Shown piece after piece: positions 12,150 to 23,648 of a stretch of 64,000 bases of DNA. Made by a program: the position numbers and the translations under genes. The stretch's first letter is position 1; each line of letters begins with the position of its first letter. Location: contig NW_024704743.1 in NCBI RefSeq assembly GCF_018977255.1, positions 13,022,001-13,086,000 of the forward strand, written 5' to 3'. This DNA comes from Callorhinchus milii. Its lineage: Eukaryota. The notes beneath the pieces are model-generated. The model worked only from the letters and a program-made list of their open reading frames with translations. It did no database searches and had not been told where the DNA came from.

Positions 12150-12370
12150 CACATGAAAATTACCCTACATCTGGAATGGAATACAGTGTCTCCCTGGAGG
12201 GCCGCACTCTGCTAACTTAATTCCAGAATGTATTAGGCACATGTTGGCTAGAATCAAGCCTTGGAAAGCCTGAGAACATGAATTGGAGTTTAACCAGCTG
12301 AAACTACATAACTTGCCATTCATAGCACTGTCTGGCAAGCTTCCCGTTACTTGTCCAGCTAGGATCACCG
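12150..12370 (-). mobile_element. Fragment of the same unclassified family
   Basis: aaccagctgaaactacataacttgccatt...gcaagcttccc...ttgtccagctagg; matches 24140-24220. Confidence 0.6.
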
Positions 12371-12582
12371 TGTTTTTAATGGACAACCAAGGTGAAGTTT
12401 TTGTAATAATTATTGCGATGCATCACTTAAAAAACATAGCAGGATATTTTGCAGCTGCTGTTTTAGGGAATATAAAAGCAGTCACTGTATTTACACGCGT
12501 CAGTGCAGGAGTGGGGCATACTCAGGAAATCACAAGGTGCTTTATTTTGGTTGATAAGTGAAAAAACAACCTGCTGCTAGAT

Positions 12583-13637
12583 TTCCTCGAGACCAAAATC
12601 GAGGGGATCCGCTCATCCGCCTCTGCCCTTACAACTGCAACCCCCTCCCTATCCCCCCTCACACTCCGGCCCATACCCATCCCTCCCTCCACACCTTCGA
12701 ACCTGCTCTCTCACCACCATTATAATGCACTGAAACCCACCACCCCCACCCTCGACCCCATCCCTACTTCTTTCCTTACCTCCCAGCTCCACCTCCTTGC
12801 CCCTCTACTCACAGACCTCAGCAACCATGCCCTGTTCACTGGCACCATTCCCACCATCTTAAAAACAGCCATCGTAACCCCTATCCTCAAAAAACTTTCC
12901 CTGGATCCATCCCTGCTCTCAAACTACTGTCACATCTCCAACCTCTCTTCCCTTTCCTCAGGGCTCTGTCCTGGGTCTTCTTCTCTTCAACATCTATACG
13001 CACCCTCTTGGTGAAATCATCCACAGACACGGTGTCAACTTCCACATGTATGCGAATGATAGAGATACCAAAAGAAATAGAAGCACATGTTGGTACCTTC
13101 AGGAGCAAATACAGGCTCTCCTCTCCACTGCTGAAATCAGGATTTAACAGGTCTTGTGAGGATGTCTTTCAGAATGTCTCTCAGAAATCAAATCCTGGAT
13201 GAGAGCTAACTTTCTACAGTTGAATGTCTGGCTCCTGTCAGCGCCTCCACACCTCAGGCACTGACAGCATCACCATCCAAGGATGCACACTCCACCTTAC
13301 TAAGTCAGTCTGGAACCTTGGCATCTTGTTTGACCCACTCTGCCTGCCTCTCCCCTCAGGCCGCTGAAACCCTCATACATGCATTTGTTACACCCTGGCT
13401 TGACTACGCCAACTCCCTGCTTGTCGGCCTTCCCATTTCTTCCCTCCACAAGCTGCAGATCATCCAGACCTCTGCAGCTTGTGTCCTCTCCCTCACCAGG
13501 CTCAATGACTTTATCACCCCCACCCTGCTCCACTGCCCCCCCATCCCCCAGAGGATATAGTTCAAGCAGGGTCCCCCATCCCCCAGAGGATATAGTTCAA
13601 GCAGGGTCCCCCATCCCCCAGAGGATATAGTTCAAGC
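12583..13637 (+). mobile_element. Rearranged, deleted L2 LINE fragment
   Basis: Collinear with 33315-34800, with deletions. AETLIHAFVTPWLDYANSLL; ends in a 35-bp triplication. Confidence 0.85.
13538..13637 (+). repeat. Tandem repeat, 35-bp unit x ~2.9 (cccccatcccccagaggatatagttcaagcagggt)
   Basis: Period of 35 seen directly (a13543, a13578, a13613). Confidence 0.9.
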
Positions 13638-13925
13638 TTGCCAGACAGTGCTCCAATGGCAAGCTCTGTGGTTGGTTGGCTGGTTACACTCCAGCAATAG
13701 TGGAAAGCACATTCTGGGGTCCCCAAGCCTTGGCTCTTGCTAATGTATGCCTAATACTTTCCAGAATTAGGAAGCAAGATGTCTCCCTCCAGGCAGAAAG
13801 TGTGCATTCCATTCCAACAAATATCTCAGGAATGTCTATGTATAGGTGGGATGCATGGAACTCTCAGCTTGGTTTGGATACTCTTAAAGCATGGTGATGG
13901 GTTTCCACATGTGTCGGACACTTGG
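13635..13925 (+). mobile_element. 3'-terminal copy of the same unclassified family
   Basis: gcttgccagacagtg...ccaagccttggctcttgc...cattccattccaac...gggtttccacatgtgtc. Confidence 0.7.
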
Positions 13926-14011
13926 CCTAGGGAGGAGAAAAAAAACAGCCAGGGTACCTACTCCTATTATCTATCAAATAACTGTTTAGAAATCTGCATA
14001 TATGGATGCTA

Positions 14012-14185
14012 CTACAACAACAACTTGGATTTATACAGCGTCCTCCACGCCAGACGGCGTCTCAGAGCACTTCACAATAACGGATCCCGGGGCCAAGCCA
14101 GGGGGAGGGGGAAGAAGGTGACCAAAGTCACGGTCGAAAAGAAAGGTCTTTAGCCAAGACCTGAAAGTAGGAAGAGAGCCTACCA
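14012..14185 (-). mobile_element. L2 3'-tail fragment (second subfamily)
   Basis: Reverse complement of the 57600-57770 tail (caacaacaacttg...cagcgtcctccacgccagacggcgtctcagagcactt). Confidence 0.75.
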
Positions 14186-14189
14186 TCAC

Positions 14190-15065
14190 TGTTTAGGTTC
14201 ACATACGTCCAATATATACTCATAAAGTTACCAAAAGAAATGGAAGCACATGTTGGTACTTTCAGGAACAACTATAGGCTCTCCTCTCCATTGCTGAAAT
14301 CAGGATTTAACCGGTGTTGTGAGGATGTCTTGTAACCTATAGCCAAACTATTATAAATTCAATCAATGACTTGGATTAGCAAATTAATCCTATTCCAGGA
14401 CATTCGTTTCCAAATTCTCAGCCAAAATTTCTCTGGGTCCAATCATATCCCTCTAATTTAAATCTTCACCATTCACCACCATATTCCAGATATATGGCCC
14501 CGGAAGCAAAACTATTTGGATCCATAAACTCTGGAAAGTCGTCCAGTCTGAGCACATTATGCAGCTGCATTAAATTCAACTCTGCTGGGTATAGTCTCCA
14601 TTCTTGGAACTCTGCCCACAATCTAGCAGGCAATTGGTTCTGATGCAAATTTATAAATCTATTGGTTTCTGCCTGTGGAAATTGTCAACGATAGGTACTT
14701 CCTGTTCTTTCACCTTCCTTAAAGAATGTGTTGGACTTCTAGATCTGATCTTCTCTCATGCTTTAATCTGTCTCTCAGGACTCTCCAGTATGTCTGGTCA
14801 ACCCGACAGCAATTTCCTCTCCATTCTATTCCATTATCAGGTGCCTATGAGAAGTAACATTACATCTTGTGTTAACTCTGTTTACTCTACTCCTAGCGTA
14901 ATCTGCTCAATATTGGCTATTAGTGTAGTTAAAAATTCACTGAATAAAGCATTCTGGAAAAATAACAAATTCAAATGGTAGTATAACAACAGGCCTGTAT
15001 CATCTACTTCCGATTCTAATAGAGCGAGCATAATGGACTCAATAAGGGAAAAAATGCTTGTGACA
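14190..15065 (-). mobile_element. Candidate endogenous hepadnavirus/nackednavirus-like element (decayed core C-terminal half, polymerase terminal protein, start of RT)
   Basis: Core-like LLYYHLNLLFFQNALFSEFL (14930-14989) and RSRSP (14732-14746) in one frame. TP-like PARLW...G-AIYLEYGGEW*RFKLEGYDW (14439-14630) and RT-like VTRHPHNT (PHNT 14313-14324) in one further frame. RLNPDFS and ILDV follow in shifted frames. By-eye comparison with recalled HBV/DHBV sequences only. Confidence 0.65.
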
Positions 15066-15097
15066 TCCACTTATATAAGGACAAATCCACTTATATA

Positions 15098-15175
15098 AGG
15101 ACTCCACTAACCTCAACCATGACATCTAGTGGAGTGGAGTCTACTAGATGTCATGGTTGAGGTTAGTGGAGTCCT
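15098..15175. repeat. Perfect 33-bp inverted repeat with a 12-nt loop
   Basis: aggactccactaacctcaaccatgacatctagt / actagatgtcatggttgaggttagtggagtcct. Confidence 0.92.
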
Positions 15176-15480
15176 GCAGTTCAGTGGTTAGAGCACTCGC
15201 CTTGCGAGCAAGATAGCTGGGTTCAATTCCAGGCAGGGTGAAACCTTGGGCAAGTTTCCTTACTCTACACGCCTAATAATAATCCCTCCAAAGCGAAGCA
15301 CATCATTTTTGATCCACGACTGTTTGCGGGACACTGCTGTGCGCAATTGGCTGCCGCATTTCGCCCACAAATAAACAGTCAATTTACTTTACAGCATATT
15401 CTGTGAAGCACTTTTAGACATCTAGAAGATGTGAAAAGCGCTATATCAAATGCAAGGATTATTATTTATCATTATTATTA
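15167..15480 (+). mobile_element. Full-length Deu-SINE, short variant
   Basis: ggagtcctgcagttcagtggttagagc...gggttcaattcc, Deu domain, (att)n tail. Confidence 0.9.
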
Positions 15481-16619
15481 TATCTATTATTTAGATATCA
15501 GTATCATTAAGGGAATGTTTTATAAATGGACTTTTGGTCCTTGATCATCTTGCTACAACAATGAATTTGATAACTAAGGAAATAAAAACTTTGTATTTTA
15601 AAGGATATGAAGCTCACAACGTTATAGGCTGAGAAGCATTAATTGCAGAACCATTCAAGGGAAACTCACTGTCAGACTCAACTAAGGCAGCTGTAGATTT
15701 CAGTCATACATCTCTTCCATCACCACTCTATCACCTTATAAAATCCTTCTTAGATCTACTTCCATAACAAACTATTTTGGAAACTAATATCCTAACTCTC
15801 AATATAACTTATAGTATCCACAAAATATACCAGAATCAGGCTACACTCAAGAAAATATCATTAGGTCACTGTTTTGTTTTCTAAATTAAATTAATTTAAA
15901 TAAATTATAAACTTCCTTTTATTTAAAAAAGGGCAACTGAACTGGAGTCTAAAGGAATACTTTATTCAGTGGGTGAAAAAAAACCTTAATCTTTAAGCAG
16001 TGAGAAATCTGCTTCTTAATCGTATACTTGAAACCCATCATTTATTCCTGCACTAGAGTCACTCTTGTTGATGCGCAACATGAAGGAGTTGGAGAGGCTC
16101 CACAAAGTTTATTGGCAACAGAGCTTTTGAGACAACCTGACAGCTAATTTGGAATTACGTAACCTCTGAAACAGTCAGTACTTGAATAGAAAAGACGATG
16201 CTAGTGTTGGGCTATTCTAAAATCTGCTCAAATCATCTACTTACATTAATAGTTTATAGAGCCTTTGCAACACCTCCCTTTAACATCTCACTGACAGGCC
16301 AAGAGGGGAAGTTTCAAAAGTGTTGCTTGGCTCGATTTATAGTGGAAGCAGTCCAAATCAAAATTATTCTCTTTAGACTCATTTCCTTTTAATTGACCCT
16401 GAAGTCTTAATTAATCTATATATTTCATCAAGATTAATAACAGCCCATGGAGTAGCATTTATTGAATTCCTACCTTTGGAACCCAGCTATTCTGGTTGAA
16501 TAGTGATGAAAGATTGTGATTAAAATCATATTGTTAAACAGAATTGTAAAACAAAGACTTGGCTTAGTTGACCCTTTCGTCTGTGCGTGTCTGTGTGTGT
16601 TCCAAGACCTACGTGAGAT

Positions 16620-16920
16620 CTGGAGCTCATAGTTTAACTAACCCTTCAGTGCAGTTTTGGGGGAGCCCTGCCATTTCAGAGATATGGATGAAACCGTTAA
16701 ACTGATATCCTGTGTGCCTGTAAAGAACCAATGATACTATTTGAAGAGAAACGTTTTTCCCAGTGACCTCGCCAAAAAACCTTCACTTCATGGTGGTTTT
16801 TGAGACCATGCTGTGTGACGCTTGGCTGAGTAGAAATACACAATCACTACTTGACAGCAATCTGTGAAGTACTTTGACATGTCCTGATGTTATAGGTGCT
16901 ATATCAAATAGAAGGATCAT
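16620..16920 (+). mobile_element. Degraded older Deu-SINE
   Basis: Collinear with 31300-31620. Confidence 0.55.
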
Positions 16921-17184
16921 TATGGCCATGTGGTCAATTGGACCTGCTCCTTCCAACAGATCACCAACAATCTACACACAAGGTCTTTACTCTCGAGAGA
17001 GGTAAGCAACTATAGGACAATGGAGTCCAGCATACAATTTGTTTACAAATTGCTGTTTTGTGAATACATGACCCAGGTTCAATGCCAATGACATAGAAAA
17101 TGGTGTATGTAGTTCTTGGTGAGTTGCTTCCAGTACATATGCAATTGACACATTCAGTTACACCACAAATTTCGTCACACAATC

Positions 17185-17305
17185 CACGACTGTTTGTGGG
17201 ACCCTGCTGCGTGCAATTGGCTGCCTGGTTTTGCCCACAAAATATACAATCAATTCAAAGACGTGATAAGGCAAATGCAAGTATTATTATATTATTATTA
17301 TTATA
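17185..17305 (+). mobile_element. Deu-SINE fragment
   Basis: cgactgtttgtgggaccctgctgcgtgcaattggctgcc; att tail. Confidence 0.75.
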
Positions 17306-18324
17306 TTGGACCTCAACTTGAGGATTTGAAAATCTCCTGAATTTTAAAAGGCATAAAACAAAAATCTAGACTATTAACCTGACATTATAATCAATGCATT
17401 CACTCTGGACTAGTGGATTTCCACAAGCATTGGTATGGTTCCATGAACCATTGTGTTCAATTAGAACAGTTGTGTTCAATTAGAATACCTGTGTAATATT
17501 CAATCTAATTTTTAATAATGTAGAGTATTAATACTTTTTTTTAATAAAAATGATCTAATTACCACACTTTTGTGGTGAATCCATTCTTTACATCTGTGAG
17601 TAAAAACATATAAAATTTTTAGTTCCCCTTGAGACTTGCTACTTTAGTACTTGTACAAAACCAAATCCTTTCTATTGACTGGCTTCCAAGTCTGGTGACG
17701 TTGCAACATTGCTTCGTCCAATCACTGTTTACAATAATGATACAACCTGAAACCAGGATAATATGCAAAACTGTGATGCTATCAGTGGAAGGCAGTGGAA
17801 ACCTAGTGAGGATTTAAGTGAAACTTTTTGTCTCTTCATCAAAGCAATTTTTTTCTACCTAATATATATATTATATATGGTAGTATAATATTATTAATAT
17901 ACTATAATATTTATATTATAATATATATATCAATATATGTGTGTATATATATATCAACAAAAAAAGTACGTTTAAATCTTCAACTATAATTGCTTCACAA
18001 TTTCCATCAATGGAGAGTGATTCCCTTGGTGCATTTTATGGAATGCTTTTGACCTTGCTCCTCACTCTCCAGGTTTAAAGAGTAGCCAGATGTTTGGTGC
18101 AGCTGCAGATTTTTTTGTCTATTTCAGTTATTTCAGCAGCTTTATTTTTTTTTCCCTCTCCTTTTTCATTCCCCCACTTGACCGTGTTCTCAAACTCTGT
18201 CCTCTCTAGCTACAAGATCAGGTTGAAATATTTTGACCAAGGTATTAAATTGAGGGAAAGTAACCTTGTACTGCATAAGATATAAACATATTGTACCTTT
18301 CCCCTCTCAACTCTGCCACTACCC

Positions 18325-18575
18325 ACTGTTTGTGAGACACTGCTGTGTGCAATTGTCTGCTACATTTTGCCCACAAAATAAACAGTCAGTTCACTTTACA
18401 GTGTATTCTGTTAAGTGTTTTGAGACGTCTCAAAGTCGTGATAAGGCGCTGTATCAAATGCAATGATTATTATTATAATATATAGGTTTCTATTTTATAA
18501 CTCAACTGTGAAGTGCCTTGAGATGTCTCGAAGACGTGATAAAGTGCTCTATCAAATGCAAGCATTATTATTATT
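18325..18575 (+). mobile_element. Deu-SINE 3' half followed by a second tail fragment
   Basis: Deu domain plus tail to ~18480; second tail 18505-18575. Confidence 0.75.
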
Positions 18576-19229
18576 GTATCCTCTAGGTTTTCAGTCATCT
18601 GCTAACAATAAGTTGTGCCTGCGATCAGTTTAAACACTCTCTCCCAGGTTCCCTTTGAAACTTTGTCAGCCTAAACTAATTAAATTTCCCTCGTCAGTCT
18701 TATCTCACCCTTGTTGCTCTTCCCTAATGAACATGAATTGTTTTTCACAAGAACATGATTTTGTACAAGGCCATTACAACAACAAGATTACATTATGAAC
18801 AGGAAACTGTAGTCTGCAAACTCAGGGCTATCAAGTCCACTGTAAACCCGTTTTATAAACAAAGAGGAGTTTTATAAACTGGGTTCTACTGTAACAAGAA
18901 TAATCTACAGTATCCAATTGAATTCAGAATGCCAAAAAAATGCACACAATGCTCCAAATGTTACCTTATGAATGAATCAAATGTTATGTTCGCAATAAAC
19001 AGTACAATGTTTACAAGGGAAGTTAAGAGAGAGGGTGGAATGAAGATGACCCTGAGGCCCATTTATTAAAATAATCTGGTTCAGCTCAGGTTCTTGCAAT
19101 TTATTAATTAGCCTGGTTAATGGAAACCTAATGTGCTGTGTACTTTCAGTCAATAGTTCCTGATCAATCATTTTCATTTTCCACCTTGGCCAATATCCAT
19201 CGAGCCATCGTTCAGTCAGATTTTCATAC

Positions 19230-19331
19230 CTGATTCATCGGTGTCTTGGTCCTCGAACGAAGCGACCGACAATCCCATTTCCATGCACTTCTTGCTGTGA
19301 GCCTTGGACTTCATATGCTTGGTCAAGTTTC
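19230..19331 (-). CDS. HIVEP1: HIVEP1 exon (G)[33 protein letters not shown](G); 102 nt
   Basis: Acceptor ttttaaag|GA, donor TCAG|gtatga. Completes the last zinc finger; phases 1/1 fit the neighbouring exons. Confidence 0.95.
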
Positions 19332-20750
19332 CTTTAAAATAATCAAACTACAAAGTTAACATTTTCTGGAACAGCACCTCTCATATAAAATGTTAGCTTC
19401 ACATGAAGCAATTTAATCACTCGCTTGTACATCTCAGCAGATAAGAATTTTCATATACATTAACTGCTTATGGATTGGGTTCTCTTCATACTGATGTGAC
19501 CAATTTAATGTTGGCTTTTTGGAGGAATTAAACCAGTATCCCACAGCAGTGCAGGTAATGTGGTACTTACCATTGACAAAGTGGTGGGGAGATAGCAGTA
19601 ACACAAATAGAAACAATGTCAAATTGTTTCAAACTTTGACAAGTCTCAGGTGCAACAGTGCGTGCCGACAGCCCATTCAACTACAGAGCAACTTAATCAG
19701 TTCCTCACCTGACTTTTACACATCCAGTTAGGGCTTCTCCTCAGTAGGTGTAGCAATTAAAACCACAAACCCTGGCTTTTCTCCTTCTCAACCTGGAACC
19801 GCTGAGACCAGCATCCCAGCTGCTCCAGCTGAGATCAACTAACTTAGTACATACTGGGAATTGAACCCCAAATCAACTTGGTCTAAACAGCTTGAGTACT
19901 GAACTGGACTTCACATGAGCTGGACTGAAGGTGCCTTTTACTCTCAGAATATTGGAGGAGGTCCAAATTTAAAAAAAAGAGTTTGAGATCACGATTTGAG
20001 TGTAAATACGGCGAAACAAAAAGATCCAGGATAATGTAAAAATTACTGTTCTGTATTTGAATGTAGGATGCCAGCCAGATTGTTGATCAAAGGCATGGAC
20101 ACAGACAGCTCCATATATTGAAATCACCAGTGACCAAAATGTTGTAATGATTTCAAATGACAAAGTCAAAATAAGAATCACTTGTGAAGAATATCAAAGT
20201 AATTAATTTTCAATTCTACTTCTTCAAAAAAATCTAGACTGAATCATGTGTTAATTTGATGTCTGATACCCAATTAAAGAAGGAAGATCTTCTGGCTTGC
20301 AGATGACCCATCCTAATTAGCTCTAAGAGCCATACAAAAGGCTGTGTTCAGTCTACTGTTTAAGGAACTGTTCACTGGACAATGCTCTTCACAGAGAAAT
20401 ATCTAAAGGTTCTCAAAAATAGGGCGGGGGAGAAATTTCACCCAAATCTTGATTTACTCGATTTATCTCAGAGGATTTGACAAATTTGTAAATAATCTTA
20501 ATTTTCTACATGTTGACTGAATTCAACAACATTTGGCTCTAAAATGCCACGTCAGTAGAATTAAAACATTTTTATGTAACAAAAACCCTGAACTGGGTAT
20601 TGTGCATTGTGCATCATTTGAGGGCAGTGATTTCAAATGGCAGTTGAAAACATGAACATTGGGGACTGTACACAAGATGCATTTTCACACAATGTGCTAA
20701 GACTGGTTTGTCAAAATAATCATTCTTTTTACTGTAAAACACTCATGTAC

Positions 20751-20926
20751 CTTTAGTTTTGAAGGAAAAGTTGCAGTAGTTGCAGTGGTAAGGCCGAAGG
20801 TCGGTGTGGGTACGAATGTGCTTTCTTAGCATACTGGGCTTTTTACAACGGATCCCACATTCCTCGCAAATGTACTTGCCCCTACCTCGTCCTCGAACAT
20901 ACACATACTCTTCGTTTGATTTATAC
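20751..20926 (-). CDS. HIVEP1: HIVEP1 exon with the C-terminal C2H2 pair: [58 protein letters not shown](G); 176 nt
   Basis: Manual translation. Acceptor caaaaag|G, donor AAAG|gtacat. Classic HIVEP ZAS-C fingers. Confidence 0.96.
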
Positions 20927-21810
20927 CTTTTTGTAAAACAAAACGTTCTTTGTTATTTTAACTGTACATTTTCATTCCTCCTGGTCTTAAGAAAACATTT
21001 ATAACAGGGTTCACCACATTTTAAAATGTGCTGTATTATGGAAAGAATGCATAGACAGAAAGGTCTATTTCACAGGTGCATTATTGTTTAAAAAAAGTTT
21101 GGTAAATCACGTTATCAAAATGGCTCAAAGCACTTAACAGGATTTTTCTATAAAATATAATGACTGTATCTATGTCAAGAAGCTATAAACTGTGCCAGGC
21201 TGACACCTTTGTAATTATGAGCACATGCAATTATTGCTGTCAAAGAACATCCCAGTTGAGTTATATAGTCTAGACTAGGTGAACAATTTCGTACCAAATT
21301 AGATATTTGTAAAAATTGTTACAAATCGGAGGTAATTTTGTGCTAGTGACCCAGACCTACTGGAACATGGGTGATATTGGGGCAATTTACACAAACAAAA
21401 TACACAAGAGAGAAGGAAGTAAGATATTAGGGAGAGGAAATTAGGATGGTGGAGGCTCAAGTGGGTTAAGCACTCCAAAGCATTATTTTGACATAAAAGC
21501 AAGTTGCTGATGTTGCCGAGTATAAATACTAGTACGAATTAGTTGGGCCAAATAACCAATTTCGGTGTTGCATGAACCCAGCTACTATATTACTCATAAT
21601 TCTTGGTAGACAAGAAGACCCGTCAGACTTCACAGCATTCTGAAATGACAAGTGTGTACTGTAATCAGATACATATAATACAGCTGAGAAACCACACAGT
21701 AACCAGAATAATATGAAACGTAATGTAATTACAGGAAGCACCATCACTGAGGTTTTGTGTTGAGTATATTCTACTGTAAAATAAAAAGAAGATTTTTGAA
21801 ATGAACTTGC

Positions 21811-21947
21811 CCTCCATCGAAGATCCTGATTCGCCTTGGTTCACTTTTCATTGCAGAGTGTAATTTGTCAAGATCACCACCTTGTTGAGGCTCATGCGAG
21901 TCCTTACTGTTACTTTCATGAGGAGAAAGTGTTCGACCGACCAGTGC
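21811..21947 (-). CDS. HIVEP1: HIVEP1 exon ALVGRTLSPHES...KSEPRRIRIFDG(G); 137 nt, phase 0 to phase 2, GC donor
   Basis: Acceptor tcttggacag|GCA. Ends GGA GG|gcaagt. EPRRIRIFDGG joins [14 protein letters not shown] of the next exon, as in HIVEP proteins. Confidence 0.9.
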
Positions 21948-22119
21948 CTGTCCAAGACAAGTAATCAGAAATAATTGATATAAACAGAGATGGATGTCCA
22001 TTATTTTTAATACTGTACCAATGTTTTTTAAAAATGGCTTTTATTTACCATTCAATCAGTATATTACAATATTCTTACTCAAATTCTAAGACATTTAGGA
22101 AATCCGATTTTAGACAATC

Positions 22120-22265
22120 CTTGCGACATCTCAAAGTACTTCACAGAATACACTGTAAAGTGAATTGAGTGTATATTTTGTGGGTGAAACGCGGCAGCTA
22201 TTCGCGCATAGCAGTTTCCCACAAACAGTTGTGGATTGAAGTCACCAATTTATTATTATTTTGGT
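22120..22265 (-). mobile_element. Deu-SINE fragment
   Basis: Antisense Deu domain and partial tail. Confidence 0.75.
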
Positions 22266-23519
22266 GATGTGCATGAAGAAATAAAATTACTGTTATTAGA
22301 TAAAAGGTGCACTATCTTAGAAAGTATTGTTATGATAATTGTTTATATGTACCCAAACACATCCTTTCTAAAAACATTCACACTTAAATCTCAACATGAC
22401 CAATACCTAAACATCTGATCTTCCATATAACCGCCTACATTTTGCACCTTCCCAGAACTGATCAGCAGTCAGATTACTGTCATTGACAGTAAATGTATAC
22501 AATGAAGAAAGGTATGATTGACGGTCATTATTTTGGAGTTTAGTATCCTCAAGTCAAACCCCTACTGTATCTTGAGCCTTAGTTCAGTCTTAGCATTTGG
22601 GCAACAATACAGTTGGCTTTTATACTGAGATCACGACTCACATTTCTCTTCTCTGTCCTTAGGTTTGAGAGACAAGACTCATTTAACTGAACATGGCTTG
22701 TGCCCATCATTCTTATTATGATGTAACTTGAGAAGCGTACTTTATGGTAGATTATAATTTAATCATGTAATAAGAATGAAGGTTTATTAACAGCTCAGTG
22801 GCCCCAGATATGCAATAAAATCCCTTAGGAAGCAATGTACAAAGCAATAAAAGCCATGTTGGAAAACACCAAAGCCACAAACTGAGGCATTAGCACAGTA
22901 GAAAGAAGCTTTTGCCAAAATAATCAGCAGCCCTGGTATTTTATAGCTAAAGTAATCTGGTTTGAAGGCAAGAATTTTTCCCTGAAGGCTGCAAAAGTTC
23001 AAAATGTGTTCCTCGTCCCATCAGCTGAAAGAGAAGCTGTAGCGTGCAGCATTTCTCTGCTAAAGAACTAGGAATCTTTGGCAAATGATCAGCTGAGACA
23101 TACAATGGAGTTTCTAAGCAGCTGCTCTCTGAAAGAGCAGATCTATTTAGCACTTTCCTCATCAATTGAACAAATTCACAAACCCTCCAACTACAACTCG
23201 TTTACCCACTGGCATAAAAGCTAATAAACCATAAACCATTGTACTGCATAAAAACAGCTCTGACATCAGTCGACTAATAATCATCTGCACACCATGCCTT
23301 GCTAAAGTCTACACCTCAATTTCTTCCATCAAAACCTTGGATGTCACCATAGATCTTGCCAGTTAATATGATTGGGTGAATCAGCCACTGACTCACTGTG
23401 CAGATAACAAAGCAAGAAATGCAATGAATTTCAAGAAGTAACCTTAAAAAAATGTATTTGAATGGATCAGACAAAAGGTTGCAAAGAAGATAGTTACAAT
23501 CTCTCCAAGGAGTCACTAC

Positions 23520-23648
23520 AATTGGCTGCTGCATTTCACCCACAAATAAACAGTCAATTCACTTTACAGTCATTCTGTGAAGAGCTTTGAGATGTCTAGA
23601 AGACGTGAAAAGCGCTACATCAAATATAAGGATTATTATTATTATAAA
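23520..23648 (+). mobile_element. Deu-SINE 3' fragment
   Basis: attggctgctgcatttcacccacaaat...gtgaaaagcgctacatcaaat...attattatt. Confidence 0.75.

Noticed and set aside
14604..14981. 125-aa plus-strand ORF as a gene
   Set aside because: It is the antisense shadow of the viral-like frames, with no recognisable motifs.
14990..15010. EVDDT read as an L2 YADDT RT motif
   Set aside because: The nucleotide sequence is unlike the local C-rich L2 copies, the upstream GVPQG motif is absent, and the core-protein alignment explains more residues.
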